Below are positions 1 through 40,800 of a DNA stretch of 64,000 bases, piece by piece. This stretch comes from Antedon mediterranea. Its lineage: Eukaryota; Animalia; Echinodermata. The stretch is from the NCBI RefSeq assembly GCF_964355755.1, contig NC_092672.1, positions 5,332,001 through 5,396,000 on the forward strand, read 5' to 3'. Position 1 is the first letter of the stretch. Each line of letters starts with the position of its first letter. A model generated the notes under the pieces. That model was not told where the DNA came from. It worked only from the letters and a program-made list of their open reading frames with translations, and made no database searches. Position numbers and translations under genes: made by a program.

Positions 1-222
1 TTGTGCCATAAAAAATACACGGGTAGTTTTCATCATCACAATTTGGAATCGCGTATATTCTCTCCATAGCAGCAGTAGAAACAAAGAATGTTAATAAATA
101 CAACAACAAAGCAACATCATGTCAATGAGGACCAATTTGTTTAAAACTTGACAGGAAAAAAAACGCTTACGAAAATAAACAACAATATTTTGATTTAAAT
201 AGTTACACATTTTGGGATATTT

Positions 223-936
223 TTGTATAATATGGAACAACGGGCCGTAGTAGAAAGAAAACGAAAATGGCGAAAGTCAGAGACGGAGTCAAAGGTCACA
301 TCTTGCCTGAAAAGTCCCATCCGACTCAAACGATCATGGCGGAAGAATGGTAATGTGATGATGAATACGGACATTGTGAAGAAAGAGAGTAAAACAAACA
401 TTACGAATGATAATTGTGTGGTAGGCCTAGATTCAACCACGACGGTGCCTGTGGAATGTCATTTTGCTAGGACCGATCGATCGATAGAAAAAGATAAGGC
501 TAAGAGCAACTTTATGCCGTCGACTCAGTCTGAAATGAAGAATGTTGATTCGTCAAAACACAGACAGAGCATTGCTAGGCATAAACTTCAACCTACACTC
601 GACAGTGAAGTTAATATCAACATTAAACCAACAACTCCGATTGAACAACCTGAAATAGAAATAGCTGTCGATTGTACGCGACCTGGTCAAAGTATTTTTT
701 CGAGGCTTGAACCTAAAAGAGACACCTTTAAAATAACCGCACCTGAAACTGTCGAATCTGCGCGGACCGGACAAAGTGTTTTTCATATAGACTTTGATAA
801 GAGCAACTTTAAGCCAGTTACTATCATTGATAAATCTCAATTAAGTATAATTAAAAGACCTAACCAAGAACTAAATTGTTGCAAAGATTCAACTTCTAAA
901 CCAAAGGTGGATGAATCGGAAAGAATCGTAATTTAG
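223..936 (+). CDS. Uncharacterised 237-aa ORF, probably the terminal exon (or single exon) of an unknown gene
   Basis: Long open frame in AT-rich DNA, K/S/T-rich, with a repeated motif (RPGQSIF / RTGQSVF); followed by AT-rich UTR-like sequence with ATTAAA/AATAAA. No recognised domain. Confidence 0.4.
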   Translation: MYNMEQRAVVERKRKWRKSETESKVTSCLKSPIRLKRSWRKNGNVMMNTDIVKKESKTNITNDNCVVGLDSTTTVPVECHFARTDRSIEKDKAKSNFMPSTQSEMKNVDSSKHRQSIARHKLQPTLDSEVNINIKPTTPIEQPEIEIAVDCTRPGQSIFSRLEPKRDTFKITAPETVESARTGQSVFHIDFDKSNFKPVTIIDKSQLSIIKRPNQELNCCKDSTSKPKVDESERIVI

Positions 937-1872
937 ATTGCATTGACAATATTAGGCTAGTTGCAATGAGTTTAAACTTAATATATTCGATTTTTAATAT
1001 ATCAACAAAACAATTGTTGCAAAAATACCAATTATATTTATTAAAGTATACGTAAACCTGTTTTATATTTACTCTGTATTTTCAAATAATTGAAATGAAT
1101 TACTGATATAAAGTACCGCATAAAGATGCTTAACGCATCCGCATAATAAATCTCTTCTTCCTCGGTCACATTTGCCTAGACAGAAGAAGACTAACCTAAC
1201 CCTCTATCTCTCTCAACTATTAAAAAAAAACACGCTATTGATAGACCTCGAACCCAGGGTTACCTGTACCACTCGACAAAACATTTTGGTTGGGATAGTC
1301 ACGTAAATTGACATGGCATGGTTGTTCAGTCTAGTGTGAACACAGTATTCGATTGGGAACTTTCGTTGTCAACGTAAAGATTCGTTGGGTACTTTTTGTA
1401 TTCGAATTGTAAATTTGTGCTTAACAGAAAGTCATTCGAATAGAAAACGTTGACAACGAAAGCTTTTTCGTTAAGAACAATCTCAACGCTCAAGATACTC
1501 CGCCGTTAAAGAAGTACTAAAGTCTAAATCGAATACGGATCGTTATAAAGAGTGACTCCATTAGAAATAGGTTGCTGCCTCAAAATAACAATACAGGATT
1601 TTAGACGTGTTCCAAAGAAGCATAGGCCTATGTATATATAGAATATAAATGCCTTGTTGTAAGTGGTAAATGGATACTTTATCAACCATATCGTGCAAAC
1701 AGTATCAAAATTACAGGTATATATACACATCCGGCAAGCATCTAGGCAGTAGGCCGCGTAGTGTAGTAGCACGTTGCTTAGTAGTTATCATGCTTGCCTG
1801 CAAATTGAGGGTCATTCAGGCTCTTCTAATTGGGCTTATTTATGAATGAAGATGAAGTGTATAAAGCATGGT

Positions 1873-1950
1873 TTATAGAGTGTTCATTCAGATAGATTGT
1901 TCATTTAGATAGAGTGTTCATTTAGATAGAGTGTTCATTTAGATAGATTG
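1873..1950. repeat. 17-bp tandem repeat
   Basis: ATAGAGTGTTCATTTAG, ~4-5 copies. Confidence 0.85.
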
Positions 1951-3115
1951 TATTGTAATTTGCGGCTTGTTAAAAAAAAACACGCGATGGTAACAGCCAA
2001 TTGTGAGGAAGGTGTTCCACTGACGAAAAAAAAATAGTGCTGCTAGTAAATGAACGTGAGAGTTTATTAATAATACAATAATCCATATATTTACTATATT
2101 AATATTATTGGAAGGAATTTAAAAAGGCATTTTGTCAAGATTAATATTATTAATTATTATTAGTAATATTACTTAACTAAACTAGCTCCACACACACTCT
2201 TGTAGAATTTACATTATAATAGTTAATCACCAGTCAGTGTAGAGTTTCTTTTAATGCATGTAAAATATATATATATTTACAGAAATATGAAATCTATGGC
2301 TATACATAACAATTCAAGGTGATGTAATTTTGTTAAAGACGTAGTATAATTCGTTGTGTACCGTATGTAACGGCGTCTATATATTGTTCTAGCAGTACAG
2401 AAAACCTATCTATACTTCGGACGGAAGTGTTTACTGAACGTTAAAGATAATATTGCATATTGCTTGGTTTCCAACTAGCGACGAAAGGATAAGCCGTATA
2501 CGCAACGCAAGCAAGTGACCAATAACAAGCGACAGTTCGAATAATCTATTGCTTGCGATTGGCCAAATACACTTACGTTGTGCTACGTCCTTGTGTTGCG
2601 TTACGTCTGTAATGTTAACTAAGCATTTGAGAGTTGACTAATAACAAGCGACAGTTTAATAATTATATAAAATCTATATTCATAATGAGTAGTAATTTAC
2701 ATGATATTTAAATATTCATAAACATATTTAGTAATATACAGTGCAATAGAATGTGTTCTCTACTTTTTGTAAAGCTCTCTCTACACTATCAAACTATGTG
2801 ACAACAAATGTGATGTGCCCATATATGGACATGATGATGTCATATTACCGCCATATTTTGGTATATCACCACCATATTTGGGCACACTTGTTTTGTCAAA
2901 CTAGTGTAGACAGAGCTTTACACGAAGCAATGTGCAACCATTCAGAAGTCAGGAACGTTCAATTCGTTCGAATATATTCGCGCTATTGGGAAACAGGCTT
3001 TAATCATTATTGATCGATTGATGTTTATTATAGAGTAAATTAAATTTCTCAACGAAAGCGTATAAAAATATTTGTATTAAAATAAGTTCACAATAAACGT
3101 TAAGTTTAAACTTGA

Positions 3116-30376
<27,261 letters not shown>

Positions 30377-30611
30377 CCTTCCAAGTGAAATATCTAGGTT
30401 ACTGCAGTAATGAACAAGTAAAAAAAAATGATTGATGGTTTACGGTGAAATATCATTAATCGCTATTGACCGACTGATTGACCGATGCTGAATCATTACA
30501 CAAAAATGCATGTATTAAAACGACATTCAAACCAAATGCGAAGAATGTGTTTAATTTGTGTTCACATAGGAATTATTTTCACGATCGTCATACTTAAAAG
30601 TAGAATTAAAT

Positions 30612-30922
30612 ATGAACGCAGTTAAGCTATAAAGGTAAATGTAAACGCAGTTTAAGCTAAAAGTAAATGCGAACGCAGTTTAAGCTAAAAGTAAATGCGA
30701 ACGCAGTTTAAGCTAAAAGTAAATGTGAACGCAGTTTAAGCTAAAAGTAAATGTGAACGCAGTTTAAGCTAAAAGTAAATGCGAACGCAGTTTAATCCAA
30801 AAGTAATTATAAAAGCAGTTAAGCTAAACGTAAATTTGAACGCAGTTTAATCCAAAAGTAATTATAAAAGCAGTTAAACTAAACGTAAATATGAACGCAG
30901 TTTAAGCTAAAAGTAAATGTGA
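30612..30922. repeat. 28-bp tandem repeat upstream of the channel ATG
   Basis: GAACGCAGTTTAAGCTAAAAGTAAATGY, ~11 copies. Confidence 0.9.
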
Positions 30923-30923
30923 A

Positions 30924-31047
30924 GAAAACAAGGCCAACAGCCATAAGTCGCGTGCTAAAACGCATAGTGATACCGGACCGACAGACAGACCGACAGACCG
31001 ACCGACCGACATAGTGAACTATAGAGTCGCGTCCACGCGACTAAAAA
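30924..31047 (-). mobile_element. Short DINE-1/HINE-like element (related decayed copy at ~9730-9826, +)
   Basis: TTTTTAGTCGCGTGGACGCGACT inverted repeat, (GTCG/GTCT)n microsatellite, end GGCCTTGTT. Confidence 0.65.
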
Positions 31048-31744
31048 TTACCACGAACGTAGTTAGCTAAAAATGAGTGGGAACGCAATTTAAACTAAAA
31101 GTGAACACATTTAAGCTAAAGAATGGTCTAAGAAAAAAGCCTAACAAATTCAATATTAAACCTGATGTTAAATAAAAAATGGATTAATCAAATAACAATC
31201 TGTCAACGGATTACTTACATAAAATGCAATTTTAATTTGTAATTTTGTCGATTAGATGTTCCTAATTTATTCGGCCAAGCCTTACATCCTGTTGCGATAT
31301 ATAGAGTTTAAAACCCTGTTTATTAACGAAAGATTGCAGGAGCATTAAGTATTCTGGTTTTGTTAACAATTTTGTATGCGCGTCTTTCTAATTTACATAG
31401 AGTGCGTCTAATTGGGTGGTTTCATTTGAACTGGTTCTTGATTATTGATGTTCAATTTTATGATATAATTATAACTTGTTTACCAAGGCTGTCTTCAATC
31501 GAAAAGATTTTAAGAGAAATTGTTTAATTTATCAATTGGAAGCACGAAGGTGAACATTTGTTCTCGCGAACAGTGTTAATAATAGATTGGAATTGAATGA
31601 CATGTTTGAACTGTAAGGAAATAACGTGGTTAATGGAATGTATTAAAACGTTTATACTATACCGATCATAACTATGGACAATAAATATATTTTCTTTCAG
31701 AAAAAAAAAAATAGAAAATGTGTTTTCATCCTACAATAGCATAT

Positions 31745-31968
31745 CTTCATCACCGTCATCATACTCACCTTCATCATCATCGTAATCATCATCACCGTCA
31801 TCATCTTCGTCATCGTCATCGTCATTATCATCATCTTCATCATCGTCATCTTCATCACCGTCACCGTCATCATCATCATAATCATCGTCATCATCATCTT
31901 AATCATTGTCATCATCACCATCATCATCACCATCATCATTATCATCATCATCATCTTAATCATTGTCA
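31745..31968. repeat. Imperfect (CAT)n microsatellite
   Basis: Direct reading; continues at 33288-33328 after the Helitron. Confidence 0.95.
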
Positions 31969-33287
31969 TCTATCTATATAAAAGGCAAACACAAAAGTTT
32001 GTTCTCTATGCACGCCGCGGTACAACCTTTGATTGGTGTGAATTTTACTCTCAACATCAATCTTCAAACGGAGATGGTCATGGTCTATATAAAAAGTTTG
32101 TAAACCAAATATTTATTAAATTATGACTTATTAAAAATTTTAAGAATTACCACTGGATCAAAAGGCTATGAAATGTGGTATTTCCAGAGGGCGTCATTTA
32201 CTATAAAACCAGGAACGGAGAAAAAACGGCAGCATTACCGTTTAGAGAGGTGAGTTGATGGTAGGCACAATTTTTAAGTAATAGAAAAGCCACGTGGTCG
32301 TGGAATACTTCAGTTCACTTCCATTTTATTTGTAATAAACATTTATAGGATGATTCGTGTAGGTTATAACTATTATTGATATATAGTTCTACAATTTGAA
32401 GTGTAGGCTCTAAATTTATTCGTTTTCTTTTATTTAGCTATGGCTATGTCACCTGTATTGTAACGATTGGAATGCGAATTATTCGTTTAAATAAGGTGAT
32501 CTTTACAATAACCTGATGCTACGTTTTTATTCTATTCATACTCTAGCTCGGACCGTCCCTACACAATCCCATGTTATAGTTTTGAACGTATAGTATTATA
32601 ATTATTCTACTGATCCGCCGAATAAGTTTTTTATTGTTTGTCCAATCCAGGTAAACTGTTGTAATGAAAGTCCTAGTGTTACCGTAATGTATATACCTGT
32701 AAGCTCCTTCAGTAATTCATAATTCTTCCATAAGCTTCCTAATTACATGTACATGTATACAGTAAAGGTACGTAAAGCGTCACATTTTATATCTTATTTG
32801 TTTTGTTTATTTCCGTAAAAAAACGGTTACTACTGTAAGGAAACATTTTGTTGTAATCATATATTTAAATAATAGTAATATTATATATCTACAGACGCAC
32901 CGCCATTTTCAAAATTAAAAATGTTCTAGCAATACTTTCGAATTCGTAAATAACAGTAGACTTGCCTTTTGAACTTCAGATTACGGATGGTAGGCCTACT
33001 CAAAACTTTTAAAACAATTTAAAATATAGTGTAAAATGTTCTGTATTTAATTTTTTAGAATAATTTTTACTGACCGCATACATTGAATACTTATAAAAAT
33101 CATTTAGCCTACCAGACGTATGTAATGTTAAACTTAATTTCGATTCTTTTTGTATCAATGGATTTAAAGCATATATAAAATGAGACGTCTGCATATATTA
33201 TAATTTTGCATATGTTTGACAAGTTTGCTCGCTGCTGTTGAAAAATCAACGGGGCTCATACCCGTCGAAGACGGGTACTAATGCTAG
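31969..33287 (+). mobile_element. Non-autonomous Helitron
   Basis: 5' TC start, 3' hairpin TACCCGTC-GAA-GACGGGTA then CTAG, inserted between A and T with no TSD; the (CAT)n tract resumes on the far side. Confidence 0.85.
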
Positions 33288-36200
33288 TCATAATATAATC
33301 ATCATCTTAATCATCATTATCATCATCGTTTATAACATAAGCGGCTGCCTTATCGATATTTAAATTATTGAAGAAATTGAAACCATCAAGAAATAGGCAA
33401 TCAAGTCAGTCAGACAGACAGACAGACAGACAACAAAGAAGACATGCATGTATAATGCTTTCCTCGAGTGGTAATATCAATAAAAGGAACGTCGGTGTGA
33501 GAAAATCTTTTGTAAATAAAAACGTAATCAAACAAGATTGCGAAAGCAATGTGCAATTTACTTTAATTATAAATAGTAATTAGAATATTACTTACGGATT
33601 ATCGATGCCTCCTCTATCTTGGTCAAACAGCCAAGTCGAGCGGTAAGAAATGAGACGCTTTTCCCTGTCTGATAGATCGTTCATATTGCAAATCTAAATC
33701 ACAAAAAAACGAAATGTTAATTCCAGTTTGTATTTTCGAGAACAGTTGTACGCATAATCGCCGATTGTTACTTATAATTATTAGTATACAATCAGCGTCA
33801 TTTCACTGTATATTCAGGCTATGATACCCCGTTAATTTTGTAATAATCATCACAAATAATAATAATATGCGACTTTCTAGATATCTCATATTATACTTCA
33901 ATTAGGTAGGCCTATTTCCTAGTTGTTCCACAATTTTAAATATTTATGTTTGATCCATGTATGACAAAATAATGTATGTTCGAGTTCATTCATGTTTAGT
34001 TAAGCTTGGTTCCCACTAGAACGCAACGTTTTAACCAATGACAAGCGAAGTTATAGACAGTTAGCAATCGCAAGCGAATAAGCCATCGCTTGTGATTGGT
34101 TAGTTCACTTGCGTTGCGTTACGTCCTTGCGTCGCTAGTGAGAACCACGCTTTAGCACTTTGCTGCTGGTTTCCTTGAAAATGGAACTTGGACAAACTAT
34201 GGCCTTCTTTTAAACCCTACAGGCTTAAATGTTGCTGTTTTTTAAAAATCAAAGTTGTTTAAATCATCAAAGTACCTTTAGGTACCTAAAACAACAAAAT
34301 GAGTTACATTTTTGGAAAGAGTTAATAATGTATTAAATTATTCCGCTTTGAAAATATTATATCCATGCCATGGGTTTTTTATTTACACTTTATTATACAC
34401 TCATTATGACAATTTTGTTTAGCGTTACTCCTTATTTTACTGCCATTATGTACAAACAAAAATCCTGTTCTAATGGGAGGCACTACATAACTATTTTATT
34501 ATATATGCACTTTTAAATCCTCAGAATTACAAACGTTAAGATACATTTTATCTAATTCAACGCATAGTAAAGCCTAGAATAAATTAAATTACATTTCAAA
34601 GAATTTGTAGGTATCTCAATTTATATCTAAAATATTGTAACATACAATGACATACACAATGCATATAACATAATGTTAAACAAGTTTAATACATTAAATT
34701 GCATATAAATACAATGAAAAGTAGTTCAGTCATGTGGGAGGAGAGTCATACAAGTCAGAAAAATATTAAATAAAATATGAAATTGAAAAACAAGTTACCT
34801 GAATATTTCATCAACGCGTTAAAGTGACTAACGTTTCGTACAATAATAAACATCGATTTATTGTATACAGCAACGCAGTCGGAAATATTACAGCTATACT
34901 GGTATACTCATTTGTTATAAGATGCAAATATACACAGATGTTAGAAGTGCAGGTAGACTGACCAGTACGCTTATTAATACTATTATTAATTTAAAATATT
35001 TTAATTTACGCAATTCATGCTAACAATTTCGGATACCTCGGCCAAGCATCCTATACGATATTTAGCCAGGCCTCGTCAGACTGTGACCCCCCCCCCCCCT
35101 AAACCCCGCAAAAAAAGTTGCAAGAAAACCGTTTATGATGTAAAATAAGATCTTAAAAACTTGCTTCGCAACCCAAGGAAGTAAGCCGCAACGCAAGCAA
35201 ATTTACCAATCAAAAGCGATGGAGTACTAACAGTCGCCTGTGAATAGCCAATTCGCTTGCCTTGCGGCTTAAGCTTGGTTCCCACTAGAACGCAACGCAC
35301 AGCGACGTAGGCCTACATACGCAAAGTGCTGTATTGCGTAATCACAAGTGGGACTGACACGGCGCCACATTGACGCAGGCGGAGGGACAAACACATTTGA
35401 AAGGGCGTAGGTTGCGTTACGTTGCGTCGCTAGTGGGAAGCAAGCTTTTAAGCTTTAAGCTTAAGCAAAGTGATTTGACCAATCACAAGCGATGGATTAT
35501 TCGAACAGTGGCTTATTAGTCAACTCGCTTGCGTTGCGCGTTGTCCTTACAGGAGTCGTGATAAGAATGTTTACCGTATCTACCGCAGTCGCGCAAAGAT
35601 AAATTTGTTTAGAATATCTTTGTTGCTCAAATAATGGAAATTACACAATAAAAACAGTTTCAAAATGTTTTTTTTTGGTCTCATTTTTGTTACTATATTT
35701 TTTTAAGTTTTCAACGATTTAAGTTTAAAACCAATACCTGTTTGTTCAAATAATGGAAATTACAAAACTTATTTTAAAATGTATTTTGGTCTCAGTTGAT
35801 TATTTTTAAGTTTTCATGCGATTTAAGAGTAAAGTATATCTCATATTTTCTGCTCTGTCTATACTATCAAACTAGTTTGACGCAACTGTAGGCCTAGTGA
35901 TATGCTCAAATATGGTTGTGATATGACATGTCCATATATGGGCACATCACATTTTTTTAAACATAAAGTTTGATAGCGTAGTTTAGAGTGGAATTGAAAA
36001 GCTTACCATCTGCACTAAAGTGATCTAAATTTAAACATAATATTGTAGGAAACTGTAGATGTATTGAACCTAAGATGATGGTTTTATTAGACACGTTTTT
36101 ACCCAACAGGTATTCTGGTATCAAACAACTTACCTCAAAAATCACTTTTTAAACTATAGTACGGTATTCGTGAAATGTTCCTTGTGACGTAACCCGTAAT

Positions 36201-37889
36201 TAGTATCGTCGTACACAGTAAGTGTCAAGTAATGCGGATTCTTATCGCCACTTCACATTGGACAACCGTAATTAGTATCGTCGTAGGCCTACAGTCAAGT
36301 AATGATTCTTCTCGCCACTTCACATTTGACAACTAAGCTAATCTTTAATGTGTATTCACCTATCAGATGACAATCATTCAAAACAATTTATTGGTTATTC
36401 TTTAATATGTAAATAACTTAAATTACATGCGTCGCAGTACGTTAAATTTGGCGGAGTTAATGTAATTAAAGGAATATGGTAGTCTGCGGGATTGTATGGT
36501 TACATTTATAATTTCCTATTCACGTGATGGTATCTTAGTGAAAAGCAATTGGTAGGAGCACAAAGTTAATTGCACAGGAAATATCCTGGGCAAAAATCAA
36601 TATCGTATCTTTATAATCGATTATATACAATGTCGAATGACATGGTTTTCTATAGGTTAATTCCTCCAATAATATTATTAGTAGCATCCTTCTGTGATGT
36701 AATAAATTATTAAAAACATGAACTATAACTAATATAAACGACAAGATTCAATTTGAAAAACTAATACCGTTTTGAGGTGGTGATTTTGCCAAATAAAAGA
36801 ATATCAGGAAAGATAGTGTTGGTTTTAATAACTTTATTGAACAGACGCTTTTAGAACAGCGGCACACGTTTTATGACGGTGCGTTCATAAGTTTAAAGAA
36901 AAAGAAAAGGAAATGAATTATACAATAGTGAAAAAAGTACAACACTTAACTTTTGATGGAGTTATAGGCCTATATAAGTATATTTATTATTATTATTATC
37001 AACATTATTAATATCTTATTGTTTAAAGAAATTTTATTAGGCTATTATTGAGGATATTATTAAATTTATAATCTTTTATATTATTTATTATTATTTTATT
37101 ATTTATGTTCTTGTTAATACTGTATTATTATGAAAGTTAATCGTGGTTTGTAATTTATTTACAGTTTTGCTCAATAAAATTAAACACTTAAGAGGGCGGT
37201 GTTTATCATGGTGGGAAATTTGAAACGGATTGCTGAAAATAAAATAATTGTGGTAAGGTACACCGTACTGTACAAGTTTTTCGATTTCTTTACTGAAACA
37301 ATTTAAAAGGTAGAGAAATGTTGAACTATCCTATATCCCCATATACTAAAGGAGTTAAAGAGATATTCTAATAGTACTGTACTGTAGTACTCTTGATTTT
37401 GAAGAAACAGCTAGGCCTCACTCTACTCCCGCCTAAACTCTAGTCTCTAGGCTAGGGCCTAGGCTAGTTAGGTGGATACTGTACTGTAGTATGTAGGCTA
37501 GGTGTAGGCCTAGCCTAGTAGTAGTAGGCGCGGCAAGTCTTTTTTTTAGGTGAATGTAGGTAGGCTCATCATGGATGGATGAACTAACTGAAATATAGGA
37601 TAGGCCTTCTCTCTAACTCAATTAATATTATAATACTAAATAGATGATTTTAGTTAAGTAGAAAAAAAGCCATGCTTGTTGCATAGTAGGCCTACTAGCT
37701 AGAGGGCTAGCTAGGCCTCTAGGCTCTAGGTAGGCTAGGTGACAAACACTTGTGACCAGCCGAGCGTAAAAAACAAAAATAACATTCCCGACTGTACGAC
37801 GGGGAGGGTTGTATGATAAAAAAAAATCTGTAAAATGTTCTTAAAAGATCAACTGTTTTGTAATTTTTTTTTCTTATTTTAATTTATAG

Positions 37890-40800
37890 ATGGATATAAT
37901 TGAGGAAACTGGCAAGTTGTCGCTGACGCACATGGAACCACTAAAAGGTGTGTTTAAATCTGGGTTTATGTGACGTGCCCATATTGGTAAATTTTTCGCA
38001 AATTATGCAAAAGATACAACAATCAAACTAAAATGAGCTCAGTCAGCCCTACATTTCCCCATGTTTTGGCCCTGCATCCGCCACTGAATTTAAAGAGTTT
38101 TACTAGATCTTCTGGTTCAGTTTTTGATGATTAGAATGACTTATTCAAAATATGAAACCCCATTTGAATTGGTGACATTTTATGGACTCTCCGCATCAAT
38201 TTAAAGTTAGCAGACTACTGTACTCTACAGACTACAGTACAGTTTATTTTCCTGGTGATTATGTTAACACTGACACACTGGGCTTAATGGAACCTATGTG
38301 TTCATTTCACTACCTGTGCTCACTTACACTTACACTTAATGTTTGATGGAAATAGTTTAGGCTAGTGCCTATTAGATTCCATTTCTAGCCGAAAATAGTT
38401 GTCAAGTCTAGACTTAAAGATGTTCACTGAAGAGGCTTGTATTACATATTCAGGCAGAGAATTCCAGTGATGTATGACTCTGATGGTAAAAAAGTTGACC
38501 CTGCACATAAGATTTCCTCTAAGTTTTGGATGATATAGTTTTAAGCTGTGTCCCCTGGTTCTGATGTTGTGAGACAATTTAAATAAATCTTTTTGGTCAA
38601 TATCCTCAAAGCCTTTCAAAATTTTGAAAGCTTCAATCAAATCTCCTCGTAGTCTTCTTGTCTCTAATGGTTGAAGATCAAGATATTCTAACCTTTTTTC
38701 ATATGGTAGATCACTTATTGACTTGACCATCTTTGTAGCTCTTCTCTGCACCTTCTCCAAGATTTCTTTGTCTTTGTTATAGTAAGGAGACCAGAACTGT
38801 ATACAGTATTTAGCATTTATCTTATTTTGAAACAGATCTGACAAATGCGAAACAATTGAATGATGACACTGAAAATACTTACAAGAAACTAATGTCAAAG
38901 GCGAAAAGACAGGCTGCGGAAGGACATCCTAGGCAGGCATTAGATACCCTTCAACAAGTATTAAAGATAGATAGAAACGACAAGGTTCTTACGAAAATAA
39001 GAAAGTTGGAGGTTAGTAATATATTATATAATATATAATACAGTCTACGCTCGCGCTAACCGCTCGCCAATGGCGACTGGAGTCTCCATTTGGCGAAAAT
39101 AATTATTGCCTCGTTCGCCAAATTGGCGAAAATACATTTCCAAGCCTAGGCCTAGCCTGGTCGGCGTGACTTCTTATGGGAGCAAGAATTCGCCACACTT
39201 CAGTACTTTCTGACTTGGGTACACTTTTTACCACCACAGCATTTTATGTGACGACGTCACAATCGCCGTGTTCATTTTTTTTAGTTCTGTTTAAACATGC
39301 GCAGAGCGTGCCTCGATGACGTTTTAATGACACACAGTTAATGTGATTGGTTCGTGGCCGGTCGTTGTCGACGTGATGGTGAGCGAATAAAAGGGGAAGT
39401 CCCTATTCTTCGACGTAGAAAATGAACTTCAAGAAGAAATGTGGACGAATACTTCCGTAAACGAGGCTGTTCTGTTATTTAAAAAGGGGAATTTTAAATT
39501 TAACAAAGTAATTACCTCAATAGTATAATGTTAACATGTTTAATTTATTTCCCGATTATCTAACCGAAAGTTGCGCTTTAAATTGAATAGCTAAGAAACA
39601 ACGTATACTACAACGGCAACCCTGGCCAAAGCGCGTTTCGGCCGCCTACATAGAATGGGTTACGGCCGCTGCATAGCAAATTCAAAGCTTCTTAAATTTC
39701 TGCGGTACATTTCTTCCTAACGTACTTGTTTTATATAATAGATTGATAAATATTCCACTTATTAAATAATTTAATAAATCGGTAAAATTGACGTTTCGAA
39801 GCAAATATTCCATGATGAGAGGCGACATTTTTCGACATGCCTCGTGTGCGGCGAAGACTAGTTCAGAAAATGGAACAGTCCACTGCGGGGGTTATCCAAT
39901 CATTAATTAACGCGCTAATACATGCATACCATGCACATTGCCTGGGCGACGGTAATTTAGTAATAAGCGGAGAACTGAATCCCCCGTAAGGAAAATGGTA
40001 AACACTGATATTTATGGTAGGGATTATTTTTTTCAGTGGTTGGTCTTGTTGGCTTCTTCGCACCAGGTCCACGCAAAGTCAAATAAAACGATGTGGTTTA
40101 TCAAACAGAAATATAAATTAGCTTTAATTCAATACTAAATTAGCCAGATTTTGATAATGAGAAAGACTCAAAAATTGAATTTTTATCGTTAAAATTGACA
40201 TATGAGGCGGATGTACATAATAATAATAACCGATTTACATATCAAAATAAAAAGTATTTAAAGCCTGATAACATGCAACAAAAATTACTCCACCACCTAT
40301 TATGGACCTCATGCGATCGGGTGCGAAAATGGGTAGGTGTTTTCCAAAGTTATTTTTAGCGCGCAGATTTCGGCTCGCCGGCTTTTGTACCTCATTTTTA
40401 ACTCGCGTTTTCTATTAAAATATTTAATAAACATAGATTAAAAATATATAAAAATAATCCCTTAAACAAGATCTTTCCAGGCATATAATTTTTATTCTCA
40501 TGGGTACATAAGAAATAGTATATTTTTAACTTCAAAGACACGTCACTTTTTGAAATTTCACGAACGTGTTAAAATCGCGGTAACGAAAATCAGCTTCATT
40601 GGGATACCTAATAATAATATAAATGTAAAAGAAGTAAAATAACAAACAAATACATGCATTATTTATTTAATAAACATTTTTGCGAATTTTTATGGTTTTT
40701 TAAATTTGGCTAAAGGATTTTCAATTTGGCTAATGTTTTTCAAAACCTTTCGCCATTTTGGCAAACGAAAATTTGACCTTAGCGCGAGCGTAGACAGTAT

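Noticed and set aside
31697-31981. His-rich / Met-rich proteins
   Set aside because: (CAT)n microsatellite.
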